From assembly GCF_009914755.1 (NCBI RefSeq), contig NC_060947.1: a DNA stretch of 64,000 nucleotides. One strand, given 5' to 3'. This DNA is from the human T2T-CHM13v2.0 reference genome, Homo sapiens. A program made the position numbers and the translations under genes. Below, one piece after another: positions 57,963 through 64,000 of the stretch; within the stretch, counting starts at the first letter, position 1; every line of letters begins with the position of its first letter. The notes below the pieces were generated by a model that worked only from the letters and a program-made list of their open reading frames with translations, was not told the DNA's origin and ran no database searches.

Positions 57963-58368
57963 CACTGTGGTTTGAATGTGTCCCCTAAAGTTTGTATGAT
58001 AGAAACTTGATTCCCAATGCAAAGGTATTAGGTAAGGCCTATTGGGAGTTGTTTGGGTCATGGGGCACCACCCTCAGGAATGCATTAATGCCATTATTGT
58101 GGGAGTTGGCTTATTAACATAGTAGTGGGACTCCTTATTGTGGTAGAGGGCTCCTTACAAACGGATGACTTTGGCCCCCTCTTTCTCTCTCTCTTACCCT
58201 TTCTTTACTTATCTGCCAAGTGATGATGCAGCATGAAGGCCCTCGTCAAATGCTGGTCCCTTGATCTTGGACTTTGCAGCCTTCAGAACTGTGAGAATAA
58301 ATTTCTATTTATTATAAATTACCCAGTCTCAGGTATTCTGTTGTAACAGCACAAAATGGACTAAGATG
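57963..58368 (+). mobile_element. MSTC/MSTD-like MaLR solo LTR
   Basis: tgtggtttgaatgtgtcccc...cagaactgtgagaataaatttc...acccagtctcaggtattctgtt. Confidence 0.83.
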
Positions 58369-58809
58369 CAAACCTATACGTGCATCATGTCTTTGTCTGT
58401 CCTGGTCTTGCCCCTACCATTCACTAGAAGTGACCCTAGAACGTGTCAGCTTCAGAACTTCAGTTAAGCTACCAGCCCCTATCCCCCACCCCATCTTTAC
58501 TGCAGCACCATATGAAAATTCAACTTTGTGGGCATGAATTTTTCTAATTTGTTGCATCTATCTTACCAAACACCACCTCAGCACCAGGGGTGGTAGAGGA
58601 GAGAATGAAGATGGGACAGAGGAAAGAAAATTCCATCTTGCCCTACATTTGATGCTTGTTTCTTAATACAGCTTGTAAAGCTTATAGCCGATCCCAAGGT
58701 GTCAATGTATCTGAGTCGTGGCTGATTGTTTTTCACTGACCTCTGGACCTTTTCAGCCTCATAGGACATGGCCAAGTCATTGCCCACCCCAACCTTATTG
58801 CTGCTGCTT

Positions 58810-58915
58810 TCATATGTTTCTGTCTACTACTTCTAATTACTTAGGTCACTTCAGGCTTTAAATCTGTCTTCTAAAGTGTAACACAGCCATAATTAGGCCA
58901 TATGTTAATTAGCAG
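58810..58915 (+). promoter_or_regulatory. Candidate promoter motif cluster (3x TAATTA, 2x CATATG, TAGGTCA)
   Basis: TAATTA at 58834, 58890 and 58906; CATATG at 58811 and 58899; AGGTCA at 58843. The DNA is unique and lies just upstream of an exon-like segment. Confidence 0.35.
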
Positions 58916-58959
58916 GATGACACCCTGTGCCTTGTCACTCGTGCGGGATGTGGATCATC

Positions 58960-59264
58960 CCAGAAAGTGCCATAGAAAGGGGAGTTCAGTGAGAAGAGGA
59001 AGTCTAAGGAGGCTGGAAGTGACTCTTTGCTCAGCAAAAACTGCCTTAGAGAGCAGGAGAAAATGGCAGTGTGCAAGATGGGGAAAGGATGGGGTCACAC
59101 AAAGAAAAAGAGCTAGAGTTGACCTCTTTTCCACTCTGGGAATGAGATGTAAGCCAGGAGGCAAGCCTGAGGCTGAGACTCCACCAGGGATGGCAGAATC
59201 TCCTGAAGGATTGGAGGTGGTGGCCAGGGCAGAGGCCAAGGTCTTGACAGAGGCCACTGACGAG
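58960..59264 (+). other. Candidate first exon of a downstream + strand transcript (possibly a distal FRMPD4 start; 5' end approximate)
   Basis: Purine-rich unique segment with Kozak GGGATGG at 59190 and 25 open codons, ending at the consensus donor GAG|GTGAGT. Confidence 0.5.
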
Positions 59265-59869
59265 GTGAGTGTCAGGCATGCCCCCATCTCTATTGCCTGG
59301 AAATTTGTGGGGAGGCCAATCAAAAATCAAGGCTACTCTCTACTTCTATGGATACTGTCAGTGCCCTTTAGGAAATCTAAAATCTAAAAGAGTTGGGTCT
59401 GATTGGTTGGGACTGTTTCTATGTGCCATTTACTAATTTATTTCTGGTTCTTCCTTTAGTTAATAGTTTTCTATTAACTAAACTTGTTTTCTGATGTTCT
59501 TGGCATAGGAAAGTTGAAAAGGAGACTGGCTACGTCCCGACTATTTCCAGTTTCAGATATTGTCACCTTCATCACTCAGGAGACAATTTCCAGGAAACTA
59601 ATTACTGAGGGAATTCATGATTGGGTGGGATGACATGTGAATTATAAAGATATTAACTTCAGTTTGCTGTCAACCCATGATGTGATAGAAACCTGTTCTG
59701 TCATCACCTAACTAACGGATGCAAGAGACTAAAGGCATTCAATTTAAGTTACATATTTGCTTGGATTTTAGAAAAAGGCGTTTGTCACAGGAACTCTCAA
59801 AGCATGCCAAAGGGGACATTTGAGGGCTAAGTTTATGATAATATAATAATAATAATTATTATTATTATT

Positions 59870-60040
59870 ACCATTTATTGCTAATATTTGTTGAGTTCCT
59901 ACTATATTCGAAAACTTTACAGGCATTACTTCTAACACTCCTTACAATTCAAGGAAAGTATCATTATCCCATTTAACCTGAGGCTCACAGACATTGGATC
60001 ATATTCAAAGATCACACTGCCAGCTGAGACAAAACTGAAA
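59870..60040 (-). mobile_element. MIR fragment
   Basis: atttgttgagttcctactat...cattatcccattt...ctgaggctcacaga...caaagatcacac. Confidence 0.6.
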
Positions 60041-60097
60041 TCTATATTTCTTTTCTTTTCCTATTTAAATTCTAAAATTGGAGCTCATGTGACTTTA

Positions 60098-60435
60098 CTG
60101 GGGTCAGCAAACTTTTTCTGTAAAAGACCAGATAGTAGATATTTTCAGCTTTGCCAGCCATACGGTGTGTGTTGCAGCTACTCCACTCTGCTGTTGTAGC
60201 ACGGAGGCAGCCATAGACAATTCGTAAATAAATGAATGTGGCTATATTCCAATAAAGCTTTATTTGCAGACACTAAAATCAGAATTGAATATAATTTGCA
60301 CATGTCATGAATTATTATTGTTCCTTGGGTTTCTTTTCAATCACATAAAAATGGTAACATTGTTCTGTTCACAAGCCATATAAAAACGGGCGGCAACCCA
60401 GGTTTGACCCACAGGTAATAGTTTGCTCATCCTTG
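60098..60435 (+). mobile_element. MER58B
   Basis: ggggtcagcaaactttttctgtaaaagaccagatagtag...gtggctatattccaataaagctttattt...tagtttgctc. Confidence 0.85.
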
Positions 60436-60729
60436 CACTGTACAAAACTGCCTTTCTAACAACTTATGAAAATAATGAAGTGAAAGCAGCTGAGCTACAT
60501 ATTTTACCTAAGGGAGCCAAGCCAAATATGGGGAAGCTGATGGGACCATAGTTCTTATTCTGGCTCTACCATCAAATTAAATTTATAGGTTTAGGTATGT
60601 CTTAAAAACTTTCCCAGATGAGATTCCTAACAGCTCCACTATTCTTTCGTCTTAATCATAGTATGCCTGTACCAAATGATTTCCATAAAATCACAATCTG
60701 AATATAAGGTGACAAATTTGGTGGCGCCA

Positions 60730-60940
60730 TCAGCAATATGGGGAAGACTTGGGAAAGAGTAGGTGTGTGGGTAACATCAAGAGTTTAGCCTTGAACAAGT
60801 TAAGTTTGGGGCACATAATAGACGTAAGTGGGGACAGTTGGATATAGAAATCTGGAATTCGGAGAGATAGCAGGACTAGATATTGAAATATCGGAGCCAT
60901 TAGCATGTAGACTGAATCTGAGTACATCATGGCATCTTTT
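60730..60940 (-). mobile_element. L2 fragment (continues after MER20)
   Basis: caagagtttagccttgaacaagttaagtttg...cagttggatatagaaatctggaattcggagag. Confidence 0.65.
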
Positions 60941-60944
60941 AGGG

Positions 60945-61160
60945 CAGGATTTCATAACCTTGGCCATTGACCTTTGGGGTGGAGTAATTCTTCATTGTAG
61001 GGATTGTCCTGTACATTGTGGGATGTTGAGAAGCATCCCTAGTCTCTACCCACTAAATGTTAATAGCATACTCCCCTCAGTTGTGACAACCCAAAATATC
61101 TCCAGACATTGCCAGACATCCCCTGGGGTGAAAGTCATCCTTGGTTGACAATCACTATTT
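60945..61160 (-). mobile_element. MER20
   Basis: attgtcctgtacattgtgggatgtt...gtgacaacccaaaatatctccagacattgcc. Confidence 0.8.
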
Positions 61161-61737
61161 TAGGCTGAGAATGGTCCTTCATGACTCCAACTTTGGAAAT
61201 CAGAAAGAGGAGGAGAAAATGGGAAAAGAGACAAAGAAGGAGTAGTCAGTAAGTAGAAAAATTCATATGCTGGGTCCCAAATGTCTAGACTAGACTTGGT
61301 TTAACATTTGTTGAAAGCCAGAGGTGGAGTGTGGACAAGAGGTAATGCTCCAGAGATCAGGGCTGAGCCACAGTGAGCTCCACAATATTTTGTTGATGGG
61401 ATTTCCAGTGGTGGTTAAAGGGATGGGGTAAACCAGGCTCTAAATGCATGGAGCCTGAGGGTGATGCAATGGACAGAGTGGTGTTTTCTAGTAGAGAATG
61501 GTTAAAAAAAAAAAAAAGTGGTTAAAAATAGCACTGGGAAACCAAAGATAGATACCTTTACATGTTTCTTCTTCTTTCTCATTTTATTTTTAGAAATAAC
61601 TCTCAAAGGATAAAACTGTTATGGTCTGGGTGCAGGAGAAAAACAAGAACAGAAATAGAGTTTCTGTGGTTTTGAGGAAAAGCAAAAGTACTTGAGAGAT
61701 GTGGTTTTTGGCATCCTGAGCTGCAGGATGTGTCTTC

Positions 61738-61740
<3 letters not shown>

Positions 61741-61786
<46 letters not shown>
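61741..61786. repeat. (GT)23 microsatellite
   Basis: Read directly from the sequence. Confidence 0.95.
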
Positions 61787-61788
<2 letters not shown>

Positions 61789-62134
61789 TCTCTTCACTCA
61801 TCTCGTGCCTAATTGTAGTAAAAAAAAAATAGTGAACGGCTTGTGTGAACTCTCTCTATACATTTAAAAATTGAAGAGCTATGGCTTGATAAAGGCTCAA
61901 CACAAAGGTTAAAAAATTGAATCCCTCATATTGAAATTAATGTCATTAAACAAGTATGCCTCTTAGTCACATGATAATAAAATACCAAAAGAAAGGGAAA
62001 TGTCTGCTTTTTTTCCTTTTAAGTCTTCTCACTTCAAAATGAGGATAATAAACTTACCTTATGAGGTTATGTAGGAGTGATTATCAGTGTTTAATACTTA
62101 GTTGGACTTCTGTAAATGTTTAAAAATAATAACA

Positions 62135-62420
62135 ATATGTATCCTGATAGTGGTGGTTACACAAATTTAAACAGGTAATAAAATTTCATAGAACTATATA
62201 TACCGCACCCCCCCACCAAAAGAACACAGAAAAGGAGTGAAATCCAAACAAGATTATTAGTTGAGTTAATACTATTGTACCAACGTCAATTTCCTCATTT
62301 TGACAATGTGCTACAGTTATGTAAGATGTTCTCATTTAGGAAAGCTGGGTGAAGGGTACACAGAGCTCTGTATTATTTTTGCAAGTTCTTGTGAGTCTTA
62401 AACTATTTCAAATAAAAGCT
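62135..62420 (+). mobile_element. L1MC/MD-like 3'-end fragment
   Basis: gtaccaacgtcaatttcc...aagctgggtgaagggtacacagagctctg...tttcaaataaaag. Confidence 0.72.
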
Positions 62421-63611
62421 AAGACTATTGTGTAGCTCAGGATCATTTTGTTTTATTGTCACCTTTACCTCATGGATTCATTTTTGGTTTTTAATAGAGA
62501 CGTGTACCATAAGTAAGCCAGATTATTAGCTTTTATTTATAAAAGACAAAATAATATCTGATCAATATATGTTTAAGCTAATGCAGTAGATTATAATCCA
62601 GATCATGAACCTAAATTGCTCTTAATAAGCATGTAGTCACAAAGTTCAATTATAGGTGAAAATCTGAAATTAAACAGGACTGCCATTTAGTTTTTAGTTT
62701 TAGCATATTTTATTTTTGGATAGTCCAGGACTCATCTAAGTTTGCCAAAGATTGAAATAGTCACACAACACATTCTTAAAGTCCCTGAGAAGTAGAAAGT
62801 AGAGGTGGCTTGCCTACTTTTTAAGGTGAGAATTTCTATTTCAGCAGACTTTGGGGAGGGCAAGCATCTTCTGTCTTGCTGATATGCCTAAGATGTGATC
62901 TATTTATATTACAAACCATATGCAGAGCCTGGCAAGCCTCTCTGCAAATGAGCTCATTCGCTCTGCCCTAAAGGAGGAGGATAGGAGGGGGCGAAAAGAC
63001 ATTAGGGACCTTTAACAATCATTACACCTCTTGATGCTGATTGAACAGGAAGGATAAACAAAATCTATGATTTCTGACAGGAAGCATAAATAATAAATAC
63101 CTGTCAAGGGGAACTACATATTCTCTTTAGTCATTTTTATAGGTCATCAAAGTCAAGTTCCTAAAGACTTGAGTACTTTTTAATAGGTTTCTCTTTTTGG
63201 CATGTTGTACAAATTACAAGTACAGATAATTTCAGATTTATCTTGCCAATGGGCCTCCTTCGAAGTGTGATAAATTCTATCTAGAGCTTCACTCAAATCA
63301 ACTAGTATTAATAGAACATTTATCCAGTGTTAAATAATTAGATCTGTCTGTAAGGAAATAAAGAAGAGCAGTTGCTGACCTCAAAAGGTTCCCAGACAAA
63401 GAGGAATGAGACTAGAAAACAAAGTGTATTACAAAATGCAAGCACCGTGAGAGAGGTACATACAAGGCTCAGAGAAAGGTATGAGGAGGAGGTGTCATGA
63501 ACTGTTTTGGACAGTGTGTGGCAAACTGGGCCTGCAAGAAGGGTGAATTTCTGGGGCATGCTGAGTTTGCCACAAGAATTTAAAATTTTTGTGTTTTATT
63601 TAGATGGAAAT

Positions 63612-63642
<31 letters not shown>

Positions 63643-63790
63643 TATGTTCTGTATATAACATATATAAAAGGTGTATTTTATATATAATATATGTAAATTA
63701 TATATAATATACATTTTATAAATTATACCTTTTATACCTAAATGATACCATATATAAATTACATATATTATATCATATATATGGTATAAT
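63612..63790. repeat. (TA)n / AT-rich low-complexity tract
   Basis: Read directly from the sequence. It possibly lies inside an old hAT-like element starting near 63512. Confidence 0.8.
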
Positions 63791-64000
63791 TCTTTTTTCC
63801 CCAGTCATCTGGATGAGTGTGGGTGTGTATCTTATTGAATACTCACGGCCATGTGATCTTCATGCATCTGTGCACTGTTCAAATGGGTGACTTAGTTTAG
63901 TTTAGTTCAAATGAGTAATTTGCTTTAGTTTGAATGGGTGGAAGTAGATAAGAAAACCGAGTCATTTCATAGCAAAGGGTAGTTGGGGACATGGGACTGA

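Noticed and set aside
58902-59387. 161-aa ORF as a standalone single-exon gene
   Set aside because: It has no recognisable domain. The strong internal donor at 59265 favours a spliced first exon, and the ORF 5' part overlaps the promoter-like motifs.
62947-62958. 12-bp palindrome AATGAGCTCATT
   Set aside because: Expected by chance at this window size.

Overview
Primate, most likely human, genomic DNA containing Alu, L1PA2, THE1/MST/MLT and MER elements. Positions 1 to ~12300 hold the 3' half of MSL3 on the + strand (X-linked MSL/MOF H4K16 acetyltransferase complex subunit). It has six GT-AG coding exons with consistent phases (329-487, 2016-2278, 5122-5231, 8705-8804, 9170-9254, 11529-11628). 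Together they give 817 nt encoding the MRG domain and ending ...STKNPRAIY*, followed by a 3'UTR with AATAAA at 12277. The remaining ~52 kb is repeat-rich intergenic DNA, and almost all ORFs in the supplied track are spurious or repeat-derived. I found no convincing new multi-gene system. The best leads are: (1) a promoter/first-exon-like element at ~58.8-59.3 kb with a strong Kozak ATG and a consensus donor, possibly a far-distal start of the next + strand gene (FRMPD4, from memory); (2) a divergent pair of perfect CTCF cores, at 11271 (-) and at 24229 (+) inside a CpG-retaining ERVL LTR; (3) an inverted Alu pair sharing private mutations, one copy being a TSD-flanked trimer; (4) a ~97-nt tandem duplication of the MSL3 poly(A) signal region; (5) an intronic poly(A) read-through isoform of MSL3; (6) several informative retrotransposition footprints. 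Repeat subfamily names come from recall of consensus sequences, not from a search.
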